A DNA stretch of 64,000 nt. Origin: Tubulanus polymorphus. Lineage: Eukaryota; Animalia; Nemertea. This document shows positions 38,695-51,727 of the stretch, in pieces. The notes below the pieces were generated by a model that saw only the letters and a list, made by a program, of their open reading frames with translations, ran no database searches and was not told the origin of the DNA. Made by a program: the position numbers and the translations under genes. The number at the start of each line of letters is the position of its first letter. Within the stretch, counting starts at the first letter, position 1. The stretch covers positions 9,238,001 through 9,302,000 of the forward strand of contig NC_134031.1 of NCBI RefSeq assembly GCF_964204645.1, written 5' to 3'.

Positions 38695-39350
38695 GTTTTT
38701 AGCCCACTTTAGACTTCATTCCCAGTAGAAGTAGTTGACTATTTGTTACGGTAGAAATTACCAAATTTTGACCATACGAAAACTATTAGACGACGATGTT
38801 CTTTACATTCACATTTATTCGAAACGACTATAAAAACTGGCCACGTAGTGCGCAGGTCTCCTTTATATACCCAATTGTTTAGGTTACCGAGTCCTGCGAG
38901 TGACGTGAACCATTAATACATATCATAATACATGTATAACAGAATCAGCGATCGTATCATATTTAATATAGGAACCATATAACACTATTGTGTTGTTCAT
39001 TTTTCATCCGTCCGAAGATGAAACTTGCAGTTATTGTTTGAAGTTTTGAAGATGCTTCTATGGATTGTCTTGATATTTGGATTATACATGTATCTACCCT
39101 AGATTCATGTGCCCCAAAAACTAGCCCAATCAAAAGCAAGATGGCCAACTAATGGTCATTGTTGTTTGCTAAAATCAGAACTTTTTACACATCTTAAGCC
39201 CACTCAGTCCCAGCGAACTATATTACATTCTGCTTCACGTCTTGTCTATCCATCCTGTAGACAGAATTTAGTTTTCTTGGGAAGTTTTCGATATGCTTAG
39301 ATGTATGGTCTTGATATATAGTTGATGTGTGTATCTACCCTTCATAATAT
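38695..39350 (+). repeat. Degenerate fragments of HINE family S
   Basis: ttttagcccactt..cccag (38696), gatatttgg.ttatacatgtatctaccctaga (39071), agcccactcagtcccagcg (39197). Confidence 0.5.
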
Positions 39351-40712
39351 TCTTGTTCGCCCACCTGATACCTACACACCTTTGTATCAAAATAATTTCA
39401 TGGAAACTGGTTTTTGGATTAAGATTTTGAATTAAACAAACTATCAAATTACTAATAGGTTGAATTTGTTGCAAATTTTTTAAATCTATTAAGTACTGGT
39501 CGTAGCCTCAAAATTGGGTAAGTGGCTAAAAAGCATAGGTATGTCTCTAACCATGGACATATTAGACTGTATGTCTAATGAATGCTGATCATGTTCTTTA
39601 GGCCCCGCTTACACTGTACATTATCGATTTTATCATTCAATAACCAAGGTTTGCCCCAGTGCCGATCCCTTTTTCCGACTAGATTAAGCTTGACTTCTGC
39701 TGCAGGTAACTGGCAGCCAGCGTGAACGGTACCGTAAGATAAAATCAGATAGAATTGTGTGCAAAAAGTGGGATTCGATGCTAACTCTGTGCATCGATTG
39801 GTTCCGTGCCTTGTGGTTTAATTGTAATTGCATAGTACTTTTTAGATAAAATTGTCACAACCAAAACAAGTTTTCATGCACATCTCGATGGCAGAATCAA
39901 CAACTGGTTGATGGTGGTCATTGATTAATATAATTGGTATAAGTGGAAGTAGAAGTAGAAGTAGTTTCATATCGCTTACTACTATGTATATGTATTGCCG
40001 TTTTGTAAATAATGTGGTATGGTTTTACTTAAGCATAACGACCCCCGCTCGCAGTCTCTTAAACTGTGTCGTTAACGGTGTCAAAATAACTTTTCATAGA
40101 GACCTTGTTTCTCTTCTGAACATTCAAAATCACTAACCCTCTTCGATTCCTGGTGAGGTACGTTACATAATCTGCGGTTGTGAAGAGGTTAAAGCTTAAC
40201 TGGGGCTGTGACCATGTGTGCAGGCGGGCCCAGTATCATATGGTACCATCATGGTACCTGCGCTTGTTTTGTAAGACCAATCGGTTGTGAAATTGTAGAT
40301 CATAACATGTTCAGTGATTCAGCTGCGTTTAATTTTCTGAATATACCAAGGAACATTGGAAATTAAGATGAATGGTAGAGCATTCCAGTACCTTCCCACG
40401 CGGGTATGGTGTCCCTAGACTTCTTTTTTAAAACAAACCACCCGAAAAGTGCATGATGAGATGCCCTAGTTAGTTACCTAATCGTTGGTGGTCAGCTTTT
40501 TATGACGTTCGGGATGACAAACGCCAAAACACGGTTGAAAAAAGTAACACTTCAAAAATATACTTTCTATTCACTTCACACCACAATTAATGGCTTAATT
40601 CACAAACTAACACAGGTACCTTTCGAAATAATCCGATGTTATGCATGTTTTGAGCGATTAATCAACATTATTTTGAGAATAGAACGATGACCACATTCAA
40701 ACGTGGTGAACG

Positions 40713-41930
40713 GATAATAAGATAAAATCCCACTATTTACAGATTAAAAGAATTTAAAAACCAGAATTTATTTATAAATCTAAAATATATAAAGACACAA
40801 CGTTTCGATCTCACCCTAGAGATCATCGTCAGGTGTGAAAAATAGACTAAACTTCTGATCTTACCTCTTTTATCGACTTCATCAACTCCCAATATCCATC
40901 TTTGAAATTCACTTTTGAATGGGAACAAAATGACCAAATTCCGTTTTTAGATGTTCTAATTCACAATAAATTTTCTCATTTGATTTTCTCAGTCTACCGT
41001 AAACCTATCAACGCCGAGGCATACCTTCTCTTCTTTTCGTTTTCTGACAAATCAATCAAAATTGGTCTCGCTCAAGGCCTCTCTCCGTGCACTACGGGTC
41101 TGCGATGAAACCTTCCTTTCGGCTGAATTTGACCATATATCCAACTCTCTTAGAAAATTGGCTTACCCTGATCACATTTTGAAAATCGCTATTTCTAAGG
41201 CTAAACGTACTTTCTTCAATTCTAAACCTCCAGAAAATAAAAAACACATTTCAGAGTTCATTGTAGTTCCGTATGTACCTGTCTTGGAAAAGTTTCGTCA
41301 CTCTCTCCCTTTATTGGATAAACAAATCATTTTCACGTATGAAAACAAAATTAGTAAGACTGGTTAAAAACAATCAATCTAAACCTTTGGACTGCGGAGT
41401 ATACAAAATTCCTTGTTTTGGCTGTGATAAAATTTACTTTGGAGAAACTGGTCGTGATTTAAAAACTCGATTTTCGGAACACAAAAAGGATATAATAAAT
41501 CAAAAACCGGCTAGTGGCGTAGCCAATCACGTTTGGAACACTGGTCATCGTTTTAATTTTGATAAAGCCGAAATTATTCATACTTCCAGCAATTACACTA
41601 AACGCCACATAGTTGAGTCTGCCCTAATAACTCGTCACTCAGATATTAGTACCAATTTAAATAATGGCTTTTCCCCGCATAATTCCATTCTTTCTAAGTA
41701 TATTACTTCATGCCTTGTCAAACACTAATTATTTACTCACTCACCAATTAACTCAATTAACCTGTCCTCCTCTGTACATATACCCCTGTTTTTAGTCTAT
41801 TTCTCACACCTGACGATGATCTCTAGGGTGAGATCGAAACATCCAGTCTTTTATATATTTTAGATTTATAAATAAATTCTGGGTTTTTAAATTCTTTTAA
41901 TCTGTAAATAGTGGGATTTTATCTTATTAT
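40713..41930 (+). mobile_element. 5'-truncated Penelope-like retroelement with inverted pseudo-LTR
   Basis: RT thumb (FTFEWEQNDQIPFLDV..YRKP), GIY-YIG endonuclease (GVYKIPCFGCDKIYFGETGRDLKTRFSEH); 40715-40850 is the reverse complement of 41790-41930; 13-bp TSD ATTATTTTGAGAA (40667-40679 / 41929-41941). Confidence 0.9.
40794..40837 (-). ncRNA. Minimal hammerhead ribozyme in Penelope pseudo-LTR (mutated sister at 41805-41850, + strand)
   Basis: ACAC-CTGACGA-T-GATCTC-tagggt-GAGATC-GAAAC-GTT-GTGT: stem I ACAC/GTGT, core CUGANGA and GAAA, palindromic stem III AACGTT. Confidence 0.75.
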
Positions 41931-43644
41931 TATTTTGAGAAATTGATTAATTTCTCCACAAATTCCGCCATTGGCAGCCATTTCTCTGTATTGCATACAT
42001 TTGGCATGAAAGACAAGGTGACCTACAATTCAATATAATAGTTCAATTTAAAATTTTTGCTTACTACATTCGTCTTGGGTGTTATCCCGCGAATATTTTT
42101 GTCACAGCTTTTGTATCTATACCCTCAATGTAATGTATGCGCAATTCAATTCAATAAAATCTTTATTAATTCTGTAAAGTACAAGCTTTGTAGGATCAAA
42201 CAAGTTAATAAAGATGCAACAGGACAATACAATGTTATTTACAAAACGCGACATTACATAGCATTAGCATAGCAACACACACAAAAAAGAGACCGGTAGC
42301 CCGTTATTTACACATGCAAGATGCAATACAAAACAAAGGCACAGACGGTATGGCGCACGATCATTGAAACTGAGAAGACAATACTGTATTGATTCTATTT
42401 ACAGTTGAGAGGATTATTAACATATGATATTAAACCGTTAGATCAAATGGAAACAAATAGTATGACATTAAATGAAAGTAGTGTGAGGAATAGTTACATT
42501 GATCGAAATCTAAGTTTATAAGCATTCTCCTGTAAATTTTGCTACGTTGATAACTTTTTTGTTAAATTCTGCGTTATTGCTATTAAATATTTCAAACAGT
42601 TGGTGGTCATTTTTAATTACATAATTGTTTCGTTTATCCGAGTATTTGGTACAGTCTTTACAAATTTCGTTTGTCTCGTTCTAACCCAAGATGTCGCCCT
42701 TTTTCCACCATAAGACTATGAGATGACACTCTAAGTTTGCATAAACTTGATCGGTTTTCATGGGCTTGCATGGCCCATATTGCTATCGCACGGAATGATA
42801 ACTTGCTTGGCGAGTTGATAACTTTCGTTAGAAACTTTCTTGGGCTCTGATATTTACACACATTTAATGCAGTGATAAAATCTAGGTTCCTTTCGTATAT
42901 TGGCTATATTGGTTGTCGTTTTCATAGTTTTATGATTTTGTTTAATCGTTTTTGTTATTTCAGCAGCGCATACCAACCTTGGTTGAGCGTGCGTGATCAG
43001 TCTTGAAATCGGTATTCATGCGTGGCATAGTGCTGCCGACAATTCAATTCATTCTTTATTGACAATTAAAATTTCACAATAAAACATTTACTTTCACGTT
43101 TTTAAAAATTCTTTTAATTGTCTTTTACTTTCATTGGGTGCTTGCGTTAGCGGCCATTTGAAAAATCTCTGTATGAACATTTATATCTTTCAGTTTAAAT
43201 ATCTAAAACTTAAAATAAATTTTCTGTAAAATAAATTCTGAATTGAATTGAAGACTGGTTCCCTGTCTCCAAAGAGCCAGGGGGCGGTACTCTATGGTGG
43301 CAATAAACTTTATCGGATGATCGTAGTGGATTGTCATTCGAAGGAAATGCAACTTATTCTTGCTTAATGTCTATTATTTTAAAAAGAAAAATCGTGGCTC
43401 CTATCTATTTTTTGTGTTTGCTTCTCTTCACCTGAAGTCACTCGAGTTAGTCACGTTTTTTCTTTCAGTTGTAAATGTTTCTATGCAAAAACATTTCAAC
43501 GCAATCCAATAAGTAATCTAGCAATTATCAACATGATGATAGATTCCGTTAAGATGACGCAACAATTTTCAAATAACAACTATCCAAAAGCTTGCACTTA
43601 CTTGGTCCACGTCTACAATAAAACCATTCCGATTCCCAGTCCCC

Positions 43645-44474
43645 TAGTCAGTAACCTGACTGTGGTTTAGTTTCACGATCGGATATTTTCACAAACCGCA
43701 GTCAGGAATGGGAAGGTCCTTTTTCAATGAAATTTTTGTGAGTCAATTTGCCTGTCATTTCATTGTCTCTTAAGATATCCGTCTAATTTTTGTTGTAATC
43801 AACGAACAACAGATCTGAGTTTGTGTGATACCTATAACACCTCACCTGACGATCTTAATCCATGTGCAAATCGGCAGTGGAGTGAGAGTAAATTTCTGTC
43901 GATTAAACGGCGGCCATTTTGACAACGTGTGGAGGGTGCTGGCACCTGTTGACTGAAGCCAGGACCACAACACAAACTAACGAAACAAAACGACGAAATT
44001 GAAAAAATTAAGAAATCAACACTTATTCACATTTTCTTCAACCAGAATTTATTTTTTCATCATTTATTATGGAAAACACGAAGATTTGAAATATAAGTTG
44101 GAAAACTATCATTAATAAAAAGTTTCATTTCGTTTTGAAAGTTTTATATAAATCCTTGTAGGTGACCTAGTCTATCATGCCACATGAATGCAATACAGAG
44201 AAATGGCGGCCAATGGCGAAATTTGTGGAGAAATTAATTAATTTCTCAAAATAATGTTGATTAATCGCTCGAAACATACATAAAATTGGATTATTTCAAA
44301 AGGTACCTGTGTTAGTTTGTGATTTAAGCCATTAATTGTGGACTGAAGTGAATAGAAAGTATATTTTTGAAGTGTTACTTTTTTCAACCGTGTTTTGGCC
44401 CTTGTCATCCCTAACATTGGTATAAGGCCATCCGATTATAAAAAGCTTTCCACTTATGATTAGGTAACTAACTA
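43645..44474. mobile_element. Non-autonomous TAG...CTA element with 9-bp TSD (AcademH-like)
   Basis: TIR TAGTCAGTAACCTGA / TTAGGTAACTAACTA; TSD CCAGTCCCC / CCAGTCCCT; empty site at ~34209-34217. Confidence 0.7.
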
Positions 44475-44507
44475 CCAGTCCCTGTGTGTAACATTTCATG
44501 TAGTGAT

Positions 44508-45507
44508 CAGTGCTTCATCTAGCATTAAAAAAGGGCAGGGTGCTGATTTCAAATTAGGGCATTTTTGTGTGGGATTCCATCGGAGCAAGGGCATATAATA
44601 ACGCACTCACGTCTGTTTTAGGGGCAAACTGCAATGTTTCCTATTGCATAGAATCGAGGTACCCCCTACTACGATTGAGGACTAGAAACGACGTTTAAAT
44701 CTGATTTTGCCATGAGTGACACACTTGACCACAGTACATCCTTACACCTATGCCTGTCAATGAACAAAAGTTAATCTAGATAGGGCTTTCAAAATGATTT
44801 GGAAAACCAGTTGCAGACAAAAAAATTGCAGAAAAAAGCAATCTCAAGTAGCAAATACAGCGAAAAAGAGCCCGCAATAGTGTATAGGCCTAGTGGTTGG
44901 CAAGTAACTGTTGATAATTGGTAAGGAGTCAGCTTAAGAACACATTATTGCTATTAGGCTACTCAAACTAATTGTCTGTGCGAGTCTCTTTGTGAGTTCA
45001 CCGAACAAAGTTTTTCACCTTGTATAAAAAAAGATGTGTCTAATAGTCTAGATAAAAAGATCCAGAGCATCACGATGTGTTCAAAACGAAACTCCATCGA
45101 ATATACACTACCAGCTTTACAACGGCAGTCGCTAGAATGATTGGCAGTAGTTTGGAAGTCAGCCAATTTCCTGGAAACTTAAACTAGGCCACGCGTCTGA
45201 GGCACGTTTTCACACGATGCACACTGACTGCAGAACATTTGAATATAACCACTGATCACATGAGCTACTATCGTTGATATCATACGAGATATTTCATAGC
45301 TGTCGCAGAACTTACTAACAGTCGGATGCGTCGGCTTATTTTGAAAGCCCTGACTCATTATTCATGACTGACAAGGGCAGGACGGCGGACCTACGGCAAG
45401 TGATGAGGGCACAAGGGCGAGCATGGGACACATCTGAAGGGCACAAGGGCGGCTATTTTCGGGGGCGGGGCGGACCGCCCTTCTATTTTTGGCTAGATGA
45501 AGCACTG
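44508..45507. mobile_element. 1000-bp hAT-like element with 6-bp TSD
   Basis: Perfect 16-bp TIR CAGTGCTTCATCTAGC / GCTAGATGAAGCACTG; TSD AGTGAT (44502-44507 / 45508-45513); empty site at ~34236. Confidence 0.85.
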
Positions 45508-46893
45508 AGTGATGTAAAACAACACCGATCTCTTAGCTCTTTTAAAAGTAATCAGTTCAAAGTTCGATTAATTCTACTACTGAAATACAAAACCACAGTA
45601 CAATCATGTCAGCAAGCCCATTTTTAGAATTACTTTCTTGTTATAATCTCTGATGACTGTTAAATAGTTCTCAAGTTTAAAATTACCTTTTAATCCCCTG
45701 TAAAATTTATATCGGCTATGTTAATCATCGTTAATTTGAAGTTTCCAAAAATTTACAAAACGATTTTGAAGAGCTGACTTAAGCTGATTTATGTTCCTCC
45801 CAGATTTTCCCAGATATGGGGAAGGTGATAGGAGGATAGCAAATTCTTGATTCCTGATTGGAAATTAGGGAGTCTACCCGTGGACATTTTGGTGAAATTA
45901 TCTACCAATGCCTTAAGGATTAGCTTGTCATGATTTGGGGAGTTCATTTTACAGCTCCAGTATTTAGTAACAGCCAATAGAAAATCTACAAAGATCGTGA
46001 ACTGGTCCCCAAGCATCAGTAATACTGGTGATTTTTTATGTAGGCCTAAGATCCTGCGAAAGAACTTCATCTGGATATTATGGCATGCCCATTTACTGTA
46101 AGCAGAATTGATTGCATCACAGTCAGTAGGTATGTCTTTCAGAATTGACAGACATGGTTGAATACCCCATACTTCAGCACCATACATGAGGATGGGTTTC
46201 AGGATACTATTAAATAGTTGGATTTGTTGGACAATTGTTAATTGATAGAAAGCGGGCATTGATAATATATTAAACATGGCTCTAGAGCCTTTCCGGTGAA
46301 GACATTCTTGGAGGTAGTTAAATTTACCGTTACAATGTAGGGCGAATCCCAGATAATTACATGATTTGCTACACTTTGATCTGATATATAGAAAAGTTCG
46401 CTATTTACAGTTCCTACCTTGTTAAACACGACAGCCGATGACTTATTAACGTTTATATCTATGCCCCAGATATCACAGTAATTGGTCAGCTTATCTAAGG
46501 AATTTTGCAGACCCTCCCTTGAGTTAGACAGGATAACCAGGTCATCTGCATACATAAGGCATGGAACCAGGTATTCTCCCAAACGTTGGGAGTTACAATC
46601 TGAGAAAATATCAGCTATATCGTTCACAAACAAATTAAAGAGGATAGGACTCAACACATTACCTTGGTGTAGCCCGATTTTTACAGGAAATGGATCGGAT
46701 AATCCATTATTATTTTGAACGCATGACATTGTGTTACTATACATGTTCTTTATAACCTTGTAAAAAAGACCGTCGATGTTATTATTTATGACTTTAATAA
46801 AAAGGGCTTCATGAATTACTTTGTCAAATGCATATTTTAAGTCGATGAAAGCACAGTAGAATTTTTGTTTGGGTTTTTGGTTTACCTTTGTCA

Positions 46894-47982
46894 GCAGTAT
46901 AAGGTTGGCATTGAGCCAATTCATGTAAAATCGCGGTACGTTTTTTCATGTGAGCATTTTTTCATTGGTTCTTGGGTTAAACGATGTATAATCGATGCGA
47001 TTGAAGGCATGACGAACCTCCGTCGATGACATGGTTAACTTTGTTTAAATTCGATTGGGGGGTGTTGTCTCTACAAGCAAATGTGATTGGCTGTTTTTGG
47101 GATAAACAGGGAATTCCGGCGCTACTAAAATAGTTATGGCGAACGTTTCATTGGACTAGGTGCCGTATATGTGCGAATTTTAAATGCTCATTGCTGGTGA
47201 GAATATAATTATTTCACATATCATCATAGGTATTGTTTCATTTTAATACCCGGTGATTGTGTTGATTGAGATTGAAGTGAAGCGAAAGTTCACTACACAA
47301 GGCCTCCACGTACGCGTGAGCGCTAATATTAGACTGTTGTACACACAAACACACGCTCATACAGACAAGTATATGGTGATGCTGTAACGCTGCTTGGCGC
47401 GTGCACGTTTGGTATAATAACAGGCTGAATAAGCGTCGTAGCAGATGAGCACTGTTTTCTGTTTGATAGAATTTGTAATAAATTGTAATTTCTTGTGACC
47501 TGAAAATACTAAGCAGCAAAACTATAGGTATAGGTCGAGGTCTGAATATTGTAGTGGTAAATTCCAGGATTTAAAAAGATCTAATACTACGCCCCGGTTT
47601 TAGCTTCTGTGGCCATACATTGGAAGAGATTTCGTTTCCAGGACTCAATATTTAGCCACCCTCTGATATGTGATATCATATGAATTTTATTTGAATATTT
47701 TATATTGTGAAAAATATTTTTTGGAAAATATACAATAGTTTCCAATGCCGCGCTACTTGTACCCTACGAAATTTTGGACGTAGACCATAAACAAATGTTA
47801 ATCTTTGGTCTGATTTGACTAAAAAATAATTCTTTAAGAAAGATAAAATACAATTTAAACTTCTAGAACTTTGAAGTCACGAATTAAAAAGATTTTTCAA
47901 GCAATGCCACTGCCTTACTCCAAACAACCTCTAGCTTTCAAGGTAAACCACACTTTGGCCATGGGCAATTTATTTTGAATTA
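46894..47982. mobile_element. Unclassified ~1.1 kb insertion splitting the LINE RT
   Basis: The RT reading frame breaks at ~47990 and resumes at ~46890; TTGTCA occurs at both junctions; termini only weakly inverted. Confidence 0.5.
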
Positions 47983-50759
47983 TTGTCAAAATGTTGTTTA
48001 AGGGTGAAGAGGTGATCAGCAGTTCGTGCTCCTGCCTTGAATCCTATCTGATTTCTAGTTAGGAGGTCGTTATTTTCTACAAATTTGGTGAGCCTATGAT
48101 TGAGTACAGAGCAGAATAGTATACCAAGGCAACTAGTGATAGTAATGCCTCTATAGGTAGTAGGGTTATTTTGGTCACCTTTCTTCAGGTTCGGAGTTAC
48201 AATGGCTTTGGACCATTCATTTGGAAATTGACCAGTGGTCAGGATTTTATTAAATAGTTGCACAAGGATATCTGACATTTGTGGGAAGCTACACTTCAGA
48301 AGTTCATTAGAGATAGAATCGAAACCAGTTGCTTTCCTACTCTTCATTTTGCTTAGACACGCCTCAATTTCGGAAAATCTAGTTCGTTGAAGGTCAGGTA
48401 GTTACTTTCCTCAAGATTTTAATTTTTCCTCCAAAGTTTCTTATTTGGTTCTGTTGGTTTCCTTCTGGGGAACTAAGTTGTTTATAGTGGTTATACCATT
48501 GGCCTAAATCAATATTGCTTTTGGACGAGCTAGAATCTTTTAAATTTTTGATGCCATTCCAAAAGGACTTGCTACTATTTGCAGGGTCACTACTGTTTAT
48601 ATCGTCTATAATCTTGTCAATATATGATTTTTTCTTTCGTCTCAGTAAATTCCTGTATTGCTTACGCTTTATGTGATACGTAGATAGGTTCTGTCTTGAA
48701 ATTGCCTTAGACAGTATATTAGCTTGTTGTTTTACACTAGTTTTTGCATTTTTTCTTAGACTTATATCCCAGATGGTTACTACATGCTTGTAATGACTTT
48801 TTTGATACCAAATTGTTAAATGTTTTCACATGTTTTTAGAAGGGTTTCGAGAGAATTAAGCTTCAGACATTCTTCAATTGTATGATTTTATATTGAATTT
48901 CACCTTGTAAGAAAGCATTATTAACAAGATTTGCGCTTTGCTCAGACCATCTATATTTTGTGGGTTTCTTATGGACGTTTATATTGTTATTAGCTATAGG
49001 AACCTTGTTAGCGGTTGATGACGCCACTTCCTATTTGGTTGACAGACGTTTAAGGTCGTTTTAAAGTCAGTTAGTGAAAAGTTTCTTCAAATTCTACTTT
49101 AAAAAGGGTGTCTCCAGGTTGGGATTTAATCTGGTCAAAAATGGTGGCATAATTTTTGCTGTGCCCTCTTGAAAAAATTCCCCCGTACCGATTTCATGAC
49201 ATCACTCATTCATTACATCACACATCACATGCTGCCAATGATGACATAAGAAAATTTCTGAAGGCCTAAAATGGATTGAAATAGGAAATGTTCCCTTCCC
49301 ATTGAGTTATATTTAAGATGCACGTTATAGTAGAATAAAAATGGTATCAAACAGAGTAATTTATGGTTGTTTTATTCCCACGTTCTCGTGGAACTATTTT
49401 GTGCGCAGTGACAAATTCTTTATCCGCGGCAGTAAGCAGTCGCAGTGAGCAGGACGCGCCATATTGTCAAAAAAGGTGAGTGATGTTGGGGATAAATGAG
49501 CAAGAACAGAAATATCCGCTAAATTTGGCTTCGAATGATATTCATTAGGCCTTATATGACACACTACTTATGTCTAGGCCTAGTTTCTACATTTGCTTCT
49601 GTTTTCCGTGCGGTAATGAACAGAGAAACTCTGTCGAATGAGGTGGGCCGGCCGTTGCATGCTTGATTCATGTGGCACGTATCGGCGGCCGCCATGATGT
49701 ATCAATGCAGTTTCCCACTTCAAAAGTGGGAAAGTTGTCAAAAGATGTCATCCGATTTATTCTAACTGTACTTTTGAAGAAAGATAATAGGCATCTTATA
49801 CAGTGTTGAAAGTTCCATGTAGACGCGCGTCGTAGTTTGCGAGTTATAAGCATTTGGATTACTGCCAACTTAAAGATTATTTTACGTGTGTCGCAAACAT
49901 AGGCTACTCCCAATATTTTCCGCGAATTTTTGTGATCAAGGCAAATGCGTACCGTTTAATCATGCTTAATGTCTGCTGTATTTGAAGATAATCATTTTTT
50001 GTGGTGTAATCGATAAGAGTGCTTCCCTTTAAATTTCGTCGAATACTTCGTCGATAAATATGTTTCCCTAGACCCTGACCTCAAAAAGTATGAAAAGGCC
50101 AATGGAATTAAGGTTTCGGCCCAAGCCTCAAGGTATCAGTTAACCGTCATACCGGTCACGTGGATGGCCGTGTCCCTCATGAAAGTTTTCATTTTTTCAT
50201 TGTTTATGTTCTTACATCCCGAAAATGCAGATAATGCACAAAAAATATAAAAGTCATTGATAAAACGTTTTTTAAATCGATATTTAACAAGATTGCCTTT
50301 GGAAGATTGGATCGCAATCTTTATGTCTTGAAATTTAGGGATTATAATCGGAATGTGACTGCCTTGTGAGCTAACATATTTTGACAGCTGAGGTAATACT
50401 AGCGCCATAACATCGAACATAAATTGAACCTGTTGCCAAATGTTACTCCCAATGTTACCATTAATCATTGGACATGTCTGTTATGTCTAGTCACTGTTGA
50501 ATTGTAATAAGGCTTATATTTTTTACATTGTCCGAGTCTCTGATTCAACAGGCAAAAAAATGGTCCTATTGATAACTAAGCTAGTTTTTCTATAAACATT
50601 TTGGAGACCTAGGTACAATACTTCATAGTTTTACACATTTCTTCAGCTTCAACATTAGATACTGATGAGAGGGAAACCAGGGTGATGATAATTTATAACT
50701 ACCTGACTCACTGTTAGGTATTGGCCTAATTACCAGACTCACTCACTTGGTTATGTCAC

Positions 50760-50930
50760 TCATCAAATTATTTGTAATTACTCTTCTCACTCAGTTCTCT
50801 CTAATTAGTGTCAGTCTACCTATAAATACTGTTGTTTTTCCATTGACTAAACTCATTTACCTGTTGAAGCTTCTACACATTAGTAGCGAAAGCTCGTGCA
50901 TCAAATAAATAGTTAACCTATATAGTACTA
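50760..50930 (+). repeat. Solo Penelope-like pseudo-LTR remnant with degenerate hammerhead
   Basis: TATAAATA (50821), CTGTTGA-A-GCTTCTA-cacat-TAGTAGC-GAAAG-CTC-GTG (50861-50898), AATAAA (50905). Confidence 0.45.
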
Positions 50931-51727
50931 GTCGTGAAAAAATAAAAAAGTTTTCCTACCTACCCTAAAAAATTGCATATATTTTGTTTAGGCCTAACTG
51001 TGAGGCTGTTTTTTTTAACCGTTTTAAACGACATTTTCAAGCCAAAAGTGGTCCTATTTTCCCTAAATCTAGAAAAATTCCTTTGAGGAATTGTGAAATG
51101 AAATAAATTATTATTGCTTATTAGTGTTATTAGTAGTCATTTTAGTCAATGTAACGATCTGTTTTAATAATAAAATACGTGTCTGATGGGCCTATACCTA
51201 CCTTCCCTACAAAGCATAGTGTAATCGCTCAAACAGTAGGTCAATGACATTCCTTCCTACCCTATTTTCCATAATGGTATAGTCCACACATGTTCTACAG
51301 ACAATGTCACATTGTCTGGTTAGCCAATGAAACTGTAGGCCTACAGGCAGTGGACACGCTTCAATGAATGAATGAACGAACAAATGAATGAATGAAGTTC
51401 ACTTCACAGGGACTATACTCAAAAAAGTTTCCAAAAATCCTCAAAACTACCCCCTTTGAGCTTCACGCCTGCAGTGTTCGTCTTGGCATGGATACACGCT
51501 TGTACAATATTTTCCCCAATAATGACTAATGAACATTGTATTTTAACAATCACAGAAACCCTAGATAATCTACCCTTCCGATTCTCACTTACATAGTGCT
51601 CTGCCTAAATAGAAAATACATATTTCTCCTGCCTAAATAGAAAATACATATTTCTCCTATTAGAATTAATTTCTCCCTCGATTCAGATATTTAAAATATG
51701 AATAAAAAAGTTGAATATGCATCCCAG

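Larger units (their letters stand above)
40467..42040 (-). mobile_element. Partial copy of the 43645-44474 element, interrupted by Penelope
   Basis: TAGTTAGTTACCTAA terminus; 40467-40679 and 41929-42030 are the reverse complement of 44155-44474. Confidence 0.75.
42755..45645 (+). mobile_element. HINE family C copy 2 carrying two DNA-transposon insertions
   Basis: 42755-43644, 44475-44507 and 45508-45643 together reconstitute 33333-34385. Confidence 0.7.
42143..48980 (-). mobile_element. Decayed RTE-X-like LINE with nested insertions
   Basis: ORFs 47970-48347 (YRGITITSCLG, QIGF), 46238-46924 (QGNVLSPILF, MYADD), 45789-46277 (YGAEVWG), 42658-42760 (KLRVSSHSLMVEKGR); tail aataaa..(ttgaa)n at ~42143-42168. 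Confidence 0.85.

Noticed and set aside
50661-50680. CTGATGA..GAAAC hammerhead core match
   Set aside because: No stem II or stem I pairing around it; likely chance.
51601-51658. 28-bp direct duplication (similar ones at 10119-10195 and 30601-30672)
   Set aside because: Ordinary local slippage duplications with no further structure.
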